Part shown: positions 38,776-52,349 of the stretch, one piece after another
Layout: each line of letters starts with the position of its first letter
How positions within the stretch are numbered: position 1 is the stretch's first letter
Source: Camelus ferus
Taxonomy: Eukaryota
Length of the DNA: 64,000 nucleotides
Direction: 5' to 3'
NCBI RefSeq assembly: GCF_009834535.1
Contig: NC_045697.1
Span: forward strand, 17,672,001 to 17,736,000
Program-made: the position numbers and the translations under genes
The notes under the pieces: model-generated
What the model saw: the letters and a program-made list of their open reading frames with translations, nothing else
Told to the model about the DNA's origin: nothing
Databases searched by the model: none

Positions 38776-39899
38776 TGTACTTCCATCAAAATAGGTAAGT
38801 GTTGGTCACATGGGCCTCTGGTGTCTTTAGCGGGAGACTCAGAATTCAGGAAATTCACCAACACATCAAGTGAATGTCTGCACGCTATTCCCAAGTCCAG
38901 AGGGCAGAATGAGGCACTTAAATGGGTTTCTTCTCTTGTGGGGTAAAAAGCTAGGAGTTGGGGCTCAGAGGCAGGAAGAAAAAAAATGTAATGAGGGCCC
39001 TTGATGACATAAGATCTTTTCTGATTTCTGGAGCCAAAAGCTGAGTGGAGGCCGAATAGATGAGTGTTAAACCCTGTGACTCTAGACCCCATGGACTTAC
39101 AAGTTTTCTGACCCTGTGCCAGTGATCTCAGCTCTCTGTGCTCAGGCTCCTGCACTATCAAATGAGACTGAAGATGCTGCCAGCACTGGCCTTACAGAAC
39201 CACTGTACAGACTAAGGGAGAAATTCCACGGTCAGTGCTTTTAGTACAGAGCTTGCACACACAGGAAGTGGTCAATAATTAGTAGCTATCGTCATTGGAT
39301 AATTGAAGCAACTGTCTTGATAATCAAAAGCCCCAGTCCTTTAGCGATGGCCCATAGCAGCCTCTGCGGGAGTACCTGTAGATGAGCAATGACCTGAATG
39401 ATCTAGCTCCGGCAGCACAAAACCAGAACTTTGCAGGGAAAGGGGGAACGTTTCCAGGTATGACTCTCCTGTTTGGGCCACCTCCCACCATCCTCTCCAT
39501 CTGCACCCAGACCTCCAGACCCTCCGCTAACCCCCTCATTCCAGCCAGCAAGCAATAGGGCCACCCACCTCTCAGCACATTGACCCTCCATCTAGGTTAT
39601 TCGATTAAAAGTTCTTTCTTTCACCTAATTTTCTAGGCAATTTGGACCAAAGTGAATTTGGTCTGTAAATTACAAGGGTAATTACCCAATTTCTGTCCTT
39701 GGTGTGAACTGGGTGTGGGCAGTGGAGGGCGTGGAACAGACGGACGGCGGGTGGTTTTTAGGGTGGGATTTACTTTTCTTTTTCACTACTTTGGCTTTCT
39801 TGCAAGAACCTGTTTCCTCTCCTTTGTTTAAAACTAATTATTGCGATTTTTCTTCTGAGTATAAAAGTTTTCAATGTTAATCAAAGCAAAATTTTAAAA

Positions 39900-40135
39900 T
39901 AATAATAAGTAACACTTATAAAGTCCCTATATTAAGCATTTTACATGCATTTAGTCACTGAATCCTTACAACAACCTTATGGGGCTGGTACTATTATTAA
40001 CATCATCATGATCCCCATTTTGTAAAGGGTAAAGCTGAGGCACAGAGAAGTTAAGTAACTTATACAGGGTCACACAGCTACAATGTGGTGGAACCTGGGA
40101 TCCAAGTCCAGGTAATCTAGATCCAGTCTACACTC
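39900..40135. mobile_element. MIR
   Basis: atccccattttgtaaagggtaaagctgaggcacagagaagttaagtaactt...ggtcacacagct. Confidence 0.8.
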
Positions 40136-42148
40136 CACCACAAACGTACAAAAAAGTACAGAGAAGAAAATAAAAACCACTTGAACTTCAAATGCTGAAA
40201 TAACACTTAATGTTCTGATTTTTTAAATTGCCAATTTCTGCACATACTTAAATGCATTTTAAAAATAGATTTGGGTTTATAGTATACATGGGATTTTGAT
40301 AACCCACTCTTTTCCCTTGACCACTATGTTGTGAACATTTCCCCATACTACTGTATCTTCTACAACTTGATTTTTTAACACTACGTGGTTCCATTGCATG
40401 GATGCACCATATTTTATTTAACTAATCCCCTACTGTTGGACATTGCAGTTATTTCCAGTTTTTCATTATTGTAAGTAATATGCTTCCCTGTAGAGAAATC
40501 TTTTTTTGAAAACCATCTGGCAGTGTTCTTAAACATAGAGATTGCAGGGCAGATGTTGTACACATTTTTAAGGCTTCTTCTGGGTTTAAACTATCTAACT
40601 GCTCTCCAGAAACTGCACTGACTTCCACCTGCCAACACTCACTGAGGTGCATGATCCTCATCCCCTTCCCGAGTCCCTGGCCGTGGAGGTCCCTGCTACT
40701 CAGAAGTGTCCTCCAGCTCTGCTTATCTCAGCTGAGGGAATGTGTGAGACAGAAGGAATTTCTTTCCTGGAGATGCTCTGGAACACCTCTGTCCAGGTAA
40801 ACACCTTTAATCAACAGAGTTGGCAGTAGCAGCAGGAATCTTCTTGTGTGTGTGCCTGTCTGTGTCTGAGTGTGCTTTAATCTAGAAAGAGAGATGCTGT
40901 AACATACTTAGTGAGCAGAAATCAAAAGGCAAACATAATTAACCAAAAATAGGGAAGCTGAGAGGAGACAGAGAGAGAAAAAAGGAGAAGATGTGAGGAG
41001 CAAATCTTTGGGGTGATTATGACCCTGGGTACCCCTCTCCCACTAGAAGATGGATGACCCTTTTGTACGATCCTCAGCAGGGCCACCAAAGAGGAAACAG
41101 GTGCCTCTCTCATTCCTTGGAGCCCCCGACGTGCTGGGCAAGGATGGAGCAAATCCTGCCCAGCCCTTGCTGACTCTGGGATCGCCCTGTGATCAAACAA
41201 GATGATAAACGAGGCAAGCATGGCCCTATGAGTGGGGAGCGGTCCACATCTATCTTGGTCTGGTTCAAGGCTGGGCCCTTGCTTATCCATCTGTCATCTG
41301 CCTAGCACCTGAGCTGCGGGGGCATTCCTTCACACCAGGCTGAATTCCAGCTGGTCCCACTCCTTCCAGCCATTCTCCCAACTTCTTCCCCTGCCTCCCA
41401 CAGGCCAGTCCCTGCTGCTCCTGGCATTCCTATGCTTATGAAGGTTGTGCAGAAGTTTTCATTGAAGTCAAAGGGTTATGGTCTATGGGGGAAGAGGAGA
41501 TGCTCCTATTTCTTTCAACATAAAATAGAGACAATAGTACACATGTTATGAGGTTGTCGTGAGATTGACATAAGAAGTGGCTTATAAATTACTGAGTACA
41601 TAAATGTGAGTTGTCTTCCTCTATGTGAAAACTTTTGTGGCAGCAAATGTGATTTGTATTTAACAGAAATTCATGTATTTAGGCAGCAGACAGATATTTC
41701 ATTCCAATCAGGTCATCAAGGAATGCTTCCTGGAGGAGACCGCATTGGAGCCTGGAGACTCAGGTGAAGGGAGAAATAAAAGAAAGTGAGCTGGTTGAAT
41801 TGTAAGATGTGATAAAAAAAAAATCAGTAAGTGACAGGAAATTGACAATATATATTTGGCAAGGTGTGCTGGGACCCTGAGACAGGGTGCTGTGTGTTTT
41901 CATGAATTAAGAAGAGTAAAGGATCTGAAGTTGAGGGCTTTCCTTAATGGTGGTAGCAAGGAATGATAATCAAATATCTGTTTTTATCCCAAACTGATAT
42001 CCCAACACTTGCTGAGTATTTACTATATGCCAGGCACCATGATAAGTGTTACATACTCTGCTCAGTTAAAGTTCCATGGGCCCAATATTCATGAAATTCC
42101 CATTTTACCAATGACAGGGGCTCATGAAAATTGAAACTTGTTCAAGGT

Positions 42149-42251
42149 TGTGGGGAAGGGGTATAGCTCAGTGGCAGAGCATGTGCCTAGCATGCACGAG
42201 GTCCCGTGTTCAATCCCCAGTACCTCCATTAAAAAAACAAAAACAAAAACA
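42149..42251 (+). mobile_element. Vic-1-like SINE inserted in a MIR (LGI2 intron 7)
   Basis: ggggtatagctcagtggcagagc...gttcaatccccagtacctcca plus A-rich tail; TSD aaacttgttcaaggt (42134-42148) / aaacctgtccaaggt (42252-42266). Confidence 0.9.
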
Positions 42252-42499
42252 AAACCTGTCCAAGGTCACCAGCTAGAAAGATCTAGAGCCAGTTTTACAA
42301 AAAACCAGTGTGATGCTGGCATTCATAAGCTTAACTATCACACTTCTGTAGCTCATTTCTGGGGCTTGGCTGTGAAGAGGAGCCCAGTAGGTTTCATGTC
42401 CAGCTGCCCACTTCTCAGAAGATTTGGACTTCAGGACTGAGAAGCTGAGGAATCCATGGAAACCAACAAGGTCCAGCCTGGCTCTGGCTCCAGCCACTC

Positions 42500-43280
42500 C
42501 CACTCTGGCCTCACTGACCACTTCCTACCCACCAGCTCTGCAGCCTCCGCCAGGTCCAGGCCGCCAGCCCTCGCCTGAATTCTTGCAATAGCCATTCAGC
42601 TACTTGCTCTGATTGCACATTTGTCCTCTCCTTACACACAGCCCACTCCCAACCCGGCAGCTGGACACAACCTGCATCTTTCGGGCAGCCTGGCTGACCT
42701 CTCCTCCAAACCTTCTGTGACCTGGGTAAGAGCCCAAGCCCTTGGTGGGACCCGCCAGGCCCCCATGATCAGCCCTCTTGCCTCTCTGACTTTGTCTCCT
42801 GCAGCTCCCCCTGGATCATTCTGTCCAAGCCAACCAGCCACCTGGATATTTATCAAACAGGAACAATACCCTCCTGCCTCTGGACCTCTGCACTCACTCT
42901 TCCCTCTGTCTGTAACGCTCTTCCTGCCCGCTCTCCATGTGCATCAAGCCCTCATGCCCCACAGGTTTTATTCAAACAACACCTTCTTGATGCAGCCTTC
43001 ACCAGACACTCTGCCTAAAATTTCAATCCTCCCCTGCCCAGCACTTCCAATCTTCCTTCCCCATCTTCTTTTCTCTTCTAAACACACTACTTTCTAATGT
43101 GCTGTGTGTATTACAATTATCTGTCTTTTGATTGTCTTTCTCTCTCTCCCATCATAATATAAACTCCTTGAAAATGGAGGTTTTCATCAGGCTTGTTCAC
43201 TGCTGACCTCAGGGCCTAGACTGTGTCTGGCTCAGGGTGAGTGCTCATGAATCTCAGTGAATGAATGAATGAATGAATTA
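42500..43280 (+). mobile_element. L2 3' fragment
   Basis: cctcctgcctctggacctctgcactcactcttccctctgtctgtaacgctctt...ttgttcactgctg...(TGAA)n tail. Confidence 0.7.
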
Positions 43281-44834
43281 CTTGATGAATCTGGGGGTGT
43301 GACCAGCTGCAGCGTGTGGCAAGGGCAGGCGGAGGGCAGTACTGTTCTCTCCTACCAAGGCCAACCTAGGAGAGGGAGGGGGTGGGATGCAGCTGTGACG
43401 GACCCTGGGCTCCACCTTGGAAGTCACAGTGGTGTGATTCAACACGCTCGCGCCTCCGTCTCTTCACTTGTAAAGATGAGAAGGAAGCAACATTAAGAAC
43501 TGCCTGCTCTGTGCCTGGCCCTCTTAGAGTCCTCGCAACATCCATGGGAGGTACATCTCCTACCCATTTTACAGACAGAAAAACCGAGCCTCAAAGGCCG
43601 CAGCTACTTTCCTAGCAGATGGCGAAGTCAGGAGTAGAATCCACTTTCACAGGTTTTCACAACCTGAGCTCTTTATAGTCTAGACACCACCTCTCTCTTG
43701 AACAGAGGGCATCTGTCCTCTACCTATGGGCAGGGAGCCCGGAGTAACACCTCAAACAGCTGTTGTGAGTTCCAGTGAGACCAACCAGTGCCTTACCTCC
43801 TCCCATGGAGGGGAGGAAAGGAGGCTCAGGGGCCGGCTCACCCCGCCCTCATCCATCTTCAAAGTCGGAGACAAGAGGGCAGCAAAAATACACGTGGACA
43901 GCGAGTCCCTCTCTCACGTACATCTCAGAGACCTCTCCATGCTGCAAGGCCAGGCTCATTCTCAGCTCTGCTTTGTGCTTGAGAGGTTCCTAGGAGCCTC
44001 CAGATTTGGGAATTCTACCCAGATACACTTCTTGCTGCGGCAGCAAGATGCTGCTCGAACAGGACCAGCAATTACTAAAGGAAACCCTCTCATGGGGTAA
44101 CAGGCCATGTGACACTGTCTGCAAAGTCAGTATTATAATCAGATGGCACTTCGATAAATGGGGAGTCTTTGAAAGATTATTCTGACTTTATCCACTTATT
44201 TAAGAAGCAAGTAGACAGTCCCTTTTTAGAAGAGATAAGACACTGGGATCCCCTGATAGCACTGAAAGAAGTGTTATTTTGTGTGTACTTACTAAGAGGA
44301 AGCAGCGATCATAGGACCTGGCAAGGGGGCAGTAGAAACAGCTACAGAATGTGTGTGTGTGTGCGTGTGTATCCGTGTGCGCGTTTGTATCCATGTGTGT
44401 GTGCATGTGTGTACATGAGCCCATGTGCATATTAGCATATTAGTTAACAGCTTAGCAAAAGTCAAAGGAATCATTTAGCTGCTGAAAAGCTGGTGCAGTC
44501 TTAGACTACCATAACTGCTCAAGATCCAGGGATTCTGGGGGCGACTTCTTAACAATTAGTGGGAAAACACTTCCCACCACAGGCCATCCATCACCCTCTT
44601 TACAAAAGGACCACCTACGACAAACAGAATCACCACCCGAGGCTTCCGTTCTCACCAATAACTGACCATGTCCAGAAAAAGTCGAAGAGATGAGGGTGGG
44701 TTGGAATGTGTTCCCAAATCGGACCAAGCCAGAGAGCCAAGCTCCCTCCCAGTGTGACAGAGAACATTTTTCACTCCCAGGCTTTAGGCCACGCTGACGT
44801 GAGGTCAGTACAACCAATCAAAGCCACAACACAC

Positions 44835-44999
44835 CTGTAATATTGTCATAGCTCCGGAAATTCATCTCGATGTGGTCCCACTCCAGCACCATGCAGTTCT
44901 CCATGCTGGGTTGAGCGATGGCCACGTACACATCATTCTTGGAGTTGAACGTATCCACCGAAACCGACTGGTAGGGCAAAGTCTGATGAACAACAAAAT
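44835..44999 (-). CDS. LGI2: LGI2 coding exon 7 (first EAR/EPTP repeat)
   Basis: 165 nt, cag|...|gtgtgt; encodes (D)[54 protein letters not shown]. Confidence 0.96.
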
Positions 45000-47900
45000 C
45001 TGGGAATGGGTGTTTAAAAAAAACAAGTCTCAGTGAGATCTCTTGTGGGAATTACGGCCCACCATTCCCCTTCTACCTCCCCTCTCATCAGTTCCAAAGA
45101 GGACTGGGGCGGGGGGAGGACAGGAGAGAAGCAACACACATCACAGCACATCTCACTCTGGGAGATTCCAGAGGGTTTTGGCTTGCATGGCATTTGCAGA
45201 CTGAATGCACAGCTGCCAATATAGCTTCTTTGAGATAAATAGTTCACAAGTTTGGCTAGAGGATCTCAAAGTTTTGAACAAATTTGGTGAGACCTGGCTT
45301 TCAAAAAGACAGGACAGAAAAGATGCTGCAGAGCGACATTCCTGAAACTAGCATGAAAATTACTCTGAAATAGGGCTGCGATGGTCAAATTCGTTGGAGA
45401 AACGCTGTATTTTTAGCTCTCTCAGAATAGCCCCAGGAGTAAAGAAAACTAAAAATAAACTTCCCAAAGGGCATGCTGCACTTTTGCAAACCACATCAAA
45501 ACTCTCTGATAAGGTCTCAGAGGTTTATAAAGCCCACAGTGCAGGACAGTTAACCTAAGTATGTTTACTGGTTCCTGGACTCATAGCACCGTTAAGTACT
45601 GGCTGTGCCTGGGATCGGGACAGAGTTCTGCAGCTAAACAAACAGTTACAAGAGATCTATTAGATTTTCAAGCAACCTAGAAGCCGTCCTACTTGAGCAT
45701 GCATCCTGCTCTTACATTTAGTGGTAAGTCGATACCTGCCATCCGTATTGCTCCCCTGAGCTACAATGACTCACTGTATGACGTCTTCGGAGGGAACATA
45801 CAATTTTATCAAGGAACAGGGTTAGCATGCCCTTGGATGCAAGACTAGTTAGTGTGTGGGATAGCTGGAGAACCAATAAAGAAAGAAGTTTAAAAAAAAA
45901 AGAAACATAACACTAATAAAGTTTAAGGTAAGTTATTTCTTTGGCCAGAGATCTTTCAGTATGCACTGCTTCTTGGCAGGCTAAAGGCGCCCAGGGTAAA
46001 ATGATGGCTGATATCTAGCTTAGGAAAGTTGTTCCCATGAGAAAATCCTGGCTTTGCCCACCTCTTCACCACCCAATCCTTATCCATGCCCTCTCGAGCC
46101 CCAACTCCTCTGCAGAACTTCCCTGGCTGGTCCAATCACGGTGCTCCTCCTAACTCACTGGACTCATAACCAGGCTCTGTTGTTTACATCTGATTATTCA
46201 CAATGACTGAATCTCCAACACAGCTGCATCAGAGTCAGATCTGGAGAAATGGGGGAGATCTTAGAGCCCAGAGTCATTTTACAGAGCCAGAAGCTGGATC
46301 TCAGAGAGGGTGCATGCCCGACCATAGCCACACAGCCAGTGTGGTATGTCTCCTGAACCCAGGGCTTCCTAAGGAAGGGCCTGGGTCCTACACTTCTCAG
46401 AGACCCCATGACACAAGCCCACAGCAACCACTCAAGAAATAACGGACTCAGAAGACTCATAAAAGATGTTAAATGAGAAAGCCATTAAAGGGTAGTGAGG
46501 CCACCCAGTAGTGAGCAAGGAGGGCCAGTGCAAAAGGACTAGAGGCAAGAAAGGGGGCAGAGCAACGGAGCAGGTGTTGAGGTGGGAGGCAAGGTGCTGG
46601 CGTGGGAAGAGCAGGTGACGGTCAGGGGGCAGGAGAGGGGGCAGGGCTGAGGAGGGAGGGCGGGTGAGGCACTGGAAAGAACGCTGCGCCTAGAGTCAGA
46701 CCACCTGAGACCACTTCCTGTGCTGGTGACCCTGGGTGCTGTGCACTTGCTCTGACAGGGCCTCCATTCACTTATCCACAACTTGGGGCAACGATACCTA
46801 CCACCCAAGCTCGACGGCGGGGACAGATTGGGTCACGCTGGTGGACATGCCAACCTCAGGGTTCAGCACACAGCAGGCACTTGATAAACATGTTATTAAG
46901 GTCCAAGAAAGGACAGTCCCCTCCGCTGTCCTCGCCATCACCGGGTTGTCTCTTGAGGGAGTGTCCATTTTAATGGCATCTGAGATAAAATGCTGAAGCT
47001 TTGACTCTGCCTTTCTGCTGAGTGACCTTGGAAAGGTTACCCAAACTCTCTCTCTGCCTCAGTTTCCTTGTCATATATCATGACTCATACTCATGTGGAA
47101 CGGTGCCCAGCACAAGGTGCATGCTCAATACATGCTCCTTTTGGAGGTGCCCTCTCAGGCTGAGTGGACAGGAGCTGCTTCATAAATCCTTGCTGGCTCG
47201 ATGTGCGCGGCAGGGGCAGGGCTGGCCGCGCCCTCTGCGCACTCTAAAGACTGTGGGTGGGGGGAGGACGGGGGCTGAATGAATGAGGCTGGCAGGTGCA
47301 GGGAGAAGAGGGAGAAGCAAAGAGGAGGCTGCCTCTGCACCCGACCGCAAGAAGTGGCCAAGGACAGCAGGGACAGGCGGCAAGAGTGGAGGAGGTCCCC
47401 TCCCCCCACTGCGGGGCGCGGTGCCGCCTGAAGAGCGGGGGCGGGTGAAAAAGACTGGCGGCTACCCTGCCGGCACCTGCAGCTCCAGGACCGCAGGCAA
47501 GACACTTGAGCCTCGGGGTCCCCAGGAGTAAAAGGATACGGGTAACGTCTATCTCAGAAGGTTGCTGTCGAGACTAAGTAAGAGTAAGTGTTGCTGCACA
47601 GCCTCATCTAGGCTCATCCCTCTGGAGCCTGACCTACTCCCTAACAGTGACAGTATGAGGCTGCCTGCCTGAAGACTTAGGGGAGAGTCAGAATGGCTCC
47701 CCGCTCCCCCTCCTCCATCAAGTACCCCCCCCCCCCCGAATCCAGCGTGACTGGATCAAAGACTGAAAACTGAAACCCCCCCCTTAGTTCTCTCCTGCAG
47801 GCACTGGCAGCCCTAGTGTGGAACTCAGAATGCACTCGGGGGACGAGAGGTTTCCATGTTCACGTGTAGGGAAATGGAAAAAGGGAAATGCGAGCAGGCA

Positions 47901-50900
47901 CTGTCTCCTTCCTTTTCTGCAAAGGGCGAGGACCAGAGAATACAGCTGTGTTCGTCTAGTTACAGCCAAGAAGGCTATAAACCCCTCCCACATCTCCAGC
48001 GGCCTTGTCTCATCCAAGTCTCCCAAGGCTCCAAACACTCCTGGGATGTCTGCGACCCCATCTGCTGGTTCTCACTAGTCTCCGGCTGCACTTTGAATTC
48101 TCACGAACACAAACATTCCTTAGCTTAAAAACGTAGGTCGTTTAGAGTGCAGGCCAAAAAGTTTGTTTTGTATTTAAAAATCCCAGAATGAGAGAGAGCT
48201 GCCCAGACAGAGAGCATTTTACAAATCTTGCCTTTAATGGTGCTATTTTCATTTATTTCCCCTAAACGTTGTCTTCATAATATTCTCTATATACTGACTA
48301 TCTGGTACAGCACAGACTGTTAAATCATTTAAATGACAAACCTAATTCTTAATAGGAGACCTTTCACCTCCCTTGCCTACCCCCGCTCGCCCCCAAAAAA
48401 GGGAGAAGGAAGAGTAGGGAGGAAGAAAAGAAGGGAAAGAAGAAACAATATGATTGATGAATGTGTGTTTGTGTGAGTGGGGGCAGAGACTCAAGGAAAT
48501 TAAACATCTTCCCCCAGCCCCGTTGTAAGTTATCTTTCACAAACGGCCAAAGCACATTCACTGTGGAAAGATCTCAGACAATGCACATATTGATATGACA
48601 TCAATTTACTAGTGTTAAAGTATTAATGGCCTTCTCTGCAGAAAAGCCCTGCCACCTCCATTCACATTGGATTAAGTTCATGATGTCAGTGGGACTCTTA
48701 CAATTTAGGCCTTGCTCCCGCTGGAATCAACAGATTTTTACACAGCTATTTATAGCACTTGCAGAAAATAAATTATACATGATGCTGATCCTATTGGGAG
48801 AGAAACTGCATATTAATGCGTTATTTCTCTTTGCATTTTCATCAGCCCTGAAACAGGGAAGCTAACGGGACAATTAGGATGCAAAATTCACTCCCTCTGA
48901 GGAATTTAGTGAATTATCCACCTAACATGGGGAATCATGAGTAGGTAACAGGGATTTCTGAGGTGGTTAAAAATAGACTTGAATCAGTGGGTTATGGAAG
49001 GGCTGTGATTAATCTGGAGTGCTGAAACCGTCCAGGGTGGCTTTGTGGTGTTAATTATACCCCTGCGCTGAGGAGCAGGATGGTAATAGTACCTCCTTCG
49101 CCCTGGGAAGAACAAGGTGAGAAGGTAGTACATTCTACCTGAAGAATGTACTCTTTTCCTAAAACCCTGAGCTAAGAAAATGTGCTCCTTCCCAAATCTC
49201 GCGTGAGAACTCGGTCATGGTACAATGACTCTCAGACTTGGCTTTCCAACTTCCATCCATCCTCACACATTTCCCTCCCGGCCTTAAATAAAGCACCAGA
49301 GGATGAGGCTTGATCTGAGCAGAAGGCAGGAACACCCCAAACTCACAATTTATTGACCTAGCTCTTACAAGGCAGGGACAATATTTGGGGGTGGGTCACA
49401 ACTTGGTGGCACCATTTTTTCATGATGGAAGAAACTGTAAGAGCTCATTTGTCCATGAGTCTTACAGGGATAAAACAATAGCAAAGCCAGAATCATCATC
49501 TCGCTGTTACCAGGGAGAGGTGCTGACTTTGTAAATTTTAGCAGGAAGCTTGTTAGCAAAGGTTAGTTACGTAGAAGAGAATGCCCAAAATGTGCTGAGG
49601 GGCTCACGCTGCCTCAGAGGTTCTGGGCTTAGGACAGGTTCCTAGCTCCCAAGGGCCCTTAGAGCCCAAGCCATCTTTCTCTGAGATTGGCAAAGTTTTC
49701 ACACACTAAGGCCAGGTCTGAATAGAACAAAGGAAAAGCTGCTCACTTCAGTCTGGGCTTTGGGGAACTCTCCAAAAAAACGAGAAGAGGCAGAGAGGAG
49801 CCCCAGCAAGCTGTGGTTTCGCATTTCATACAGCGCGGCTTTGAATGCCATCTTTTGGTGCAAACGTCATTGACCGTGACCTCTGATTTATTGCACTGCT
49901 CTACAGTACAGTACATAACCCCTCAGTGGCCTCAGCTGGTTAAAGGGCACCTGCCAATTACACAGCTGAGTAAGTCCCTGTCCAGGGATGAAAGACAAGG
50001 GCATGTCCGTAAGACCGCAGGTTTCCTCCCAAAAAAGAGCAGAACTTGTAGGGCCCCTCATTTACCAGAGATCCCCAGAAATAATCTTTACTTTGTGGAT
50101 GTTTATTTGTTCTGGGGGTAGCAGTGGGACTAGCCTAAATGTGATATTTTGTTCTTGGAGTTTTTTGTCTTTTGAGTTTCTGTAACTATTTTCTGAGTTC
50201 TCATTCCTGTGGCTTCCACTGACGTGCCCTGAGGCTTTGTAGATATCAGCTCTCAGCCTGAATGTTTATTTTTCTAAGTCTGGTAAGCAGGTTTCATACT
50301 GTGGATTGATCCACTCTCCTTTAAAATCTGGCCTGAGAAGCTGTAGGAACTCCACCTAAGCCTTTCACATGGAGACACTCACCTGCTCTCTACAAGATCT
50401 GACATCAGAGGCAGTTAGCATTATAATTTTATCTTGTAACCTGAAAAATGTATAAACTGAAGCCTGAGGCAGGCTGTGGAAAACAAAATCAAACTTTCTT
50501 TACATTTTTTTCCCCAATGTAAGTTTTCCCTTTTGACAACTAGTTGTTAACATGTATTTCTACTTTGTCATTTGTTATGACTTACCTAGCTTTCTCATGT
50601 TACATGGAACTACAAAAGCAATTTATAGATTTTAAATTATTAGTTAAATGTTCAACAAGTTATCAGTTAAATGTTCAATAACTTTCATATTATTCATTCA
50701 AGAGAACAATGATTTAGGTTTCTCCTCACTGTCTTTCCATGAAGCCCAGGATGACATGAAAATGTTCTCATGCCAAACTCACTAGTTTATACTTTTGGCC
50801 TTTAAAAAAAAATCTTTAGAGAAATTTGAATTTTGTAAAGAATCAAAAAGAATCAAAGTTAAAGCCAGTGCAGTTAACAAAAATCTTCCCAAACCACTGA

Positions 50901-50998
50901 GAAATTTTCCTCGCCACATCAATTAAATTTCCCCTAAAATAATTTTTATACACAACTTTTACCCTCATGTCGTTGACAATCTAAAAAAAGACAAAGGA

Positions 50999-51090
50999 TT
51001 TTTTTTTTTATGGAGGTACTGGGGATTAGAACCCAGGACCTCAAGCATGCTAAACATATGCTTTACCACTGAGCTATACCCCAAGCCCCT
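50999..51090 (-). mobile_element. Vic-1-like SINE ~45 bp downstream of LGI2 exon 6 donor (sense)
   Basis: tggaggtactggggattagaacccaggacctc...accactgagctatacccc with a T-run at 50999-51009. Confidence 0.88.
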
Positions 51091-51136
51091 GGGATTATTC
51101 TAAATATCAGACTTCAATGCTAGAGGTTCTGAATAC

Positions 51137-51306
51137 CTGTAGTTGTGCATTCATAGTCGAAGCTGGTCACGTCATTCAGCTTCTTTTCCTGATATTCCGG
51201 TGGACCGATACACAGGACATCAGACACGGTGGAATTTGTCATCTTCAACCACAGATACAACCACTTGGCTTTGCAGTCACATTCGAACTTATTGCCCCTT
51301 AAATCT
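51137..51306 (-). CDS. LGI2: LGI2 coding exon 6 (LRRCT)
   Basis: 170 nt, tag|...|gtattc; encodes DLRGNKFECDCKAKWLYLWLKMTNSTVSDVLCIGPPEYQEKKLNDVTSFDYECTTT (inside ORF 51120..51338). Confidence 0.97.
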
Positions 51307-52015
51307 CTAAGAAAATAAAACAAAACAAACACATACACAGAAAAAAAGACATGTCAGAAACATTTTGACAGTAACATGAAACTCCAGAATTCTTAACATC
51401 CTGACATATTTAATAATGCCCAAAAATGGAATTTTTTAAAAATTGTATTTAATGCATTTGATTTCTTGCACTTATCACTGACTTTACCTAACGCTTTTCA
51501 GTGACCACAATTTTAACCGTATAGCACACAGAGAGTGCTTGGTGTTGACATAGCAGCATTTCTCCAGATCCTCTTGAAATTGTCAGCATGCCGTGCTGGA
51601 AATGGGGGAGGGGCGGCAGAAGGTGGCACCCCTCCCCCCCCAGCACAGGTTCTCACAAGTAAAAACAGGACATTACAGGAAGAGAGCTTTGACAAAGAAC
51701 ACAACTGAAATGTTAAGATCTTGTTAAACTTTGCCCAGGAAGAAATGACAAACGCTGAAAGGTAAAACAGCTGGATACGCTATGGGTCTCTGGGAGAAAG
51801 GAGACCTCCCCCTCAAGCGTGCCGAATTACCACTGGCCTGATGCTACTAAGTATGTTCCAAAACGGCAAAATCGAACATAGTACAAACTATATGCTGTTT
51901 CCCAGTATTTTCTATGTTGTCATAGATTTTTAGCTGCAATGTTAAAGAACAATGCAGTATAGGAGGAGAAGGGATGTAAAGACAAGGACACATAAACTTA
52001 ATTTTCATTACTTAC

Positions 52016-52087
52016 AGTTCAATCAGAGAGTCTAAATCACTGAAGACATCCCTCGGGAGTGCTTTTATGTGGTTATTGGCCAAAGAA
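52016..52087 (-). CDS. LGI2: LGI2 coding exon 5 (LRR)
   Basis: 72 nt, tag|...|gtaagt; encodes SLANNHIKALPRDVFSDLDSLIE(L). Confidence 0.97.
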
Positions 52088-52349
52088 CTAGAACAAGAAG
52101 TCACATTTTAATGCGGTTATTATCTTCATGCCCTGTCACTCTGAAGTCCCTTAAATAAATTAAGTGATTTAAAACAGAACTCTCAACTTCTTCAGCACAA
52201 GGAATTTCAATTTATGGTTTTGGTCATCGATGCTGAGATAAATGAACTGAGTTATACAAAAATAACATGATAGATGCTGGAGTGCACAATGTATGTTTTT
52301 GTTCTGTTTTTTAAAATAAGCATTTATTAAGTGCTTGATATACATTTAT

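Noticed and set aside
42149..42230. tRNA-like sequence with A and B boxes
   Set aside because: Has an A-rich tail, TSD and three diverged sibling copies in the window, so it is a SINE, not a tRNA gene
43608..44335. Partial CTCF-like motifs (cctagcagatggcga; ctggcaagggggcagta)
   Set aside because: Mismatches in the conserved 5' CC of the core; too weak to call by eye
50642..50678. Direct repeat agttaaatgttcaa x2 (similar microduplications at 4357-4378 and 26171-26199)
   Set aside because: Isolated two-copy slippage duplications; no repeat-spacer array or CRISPR-like structure
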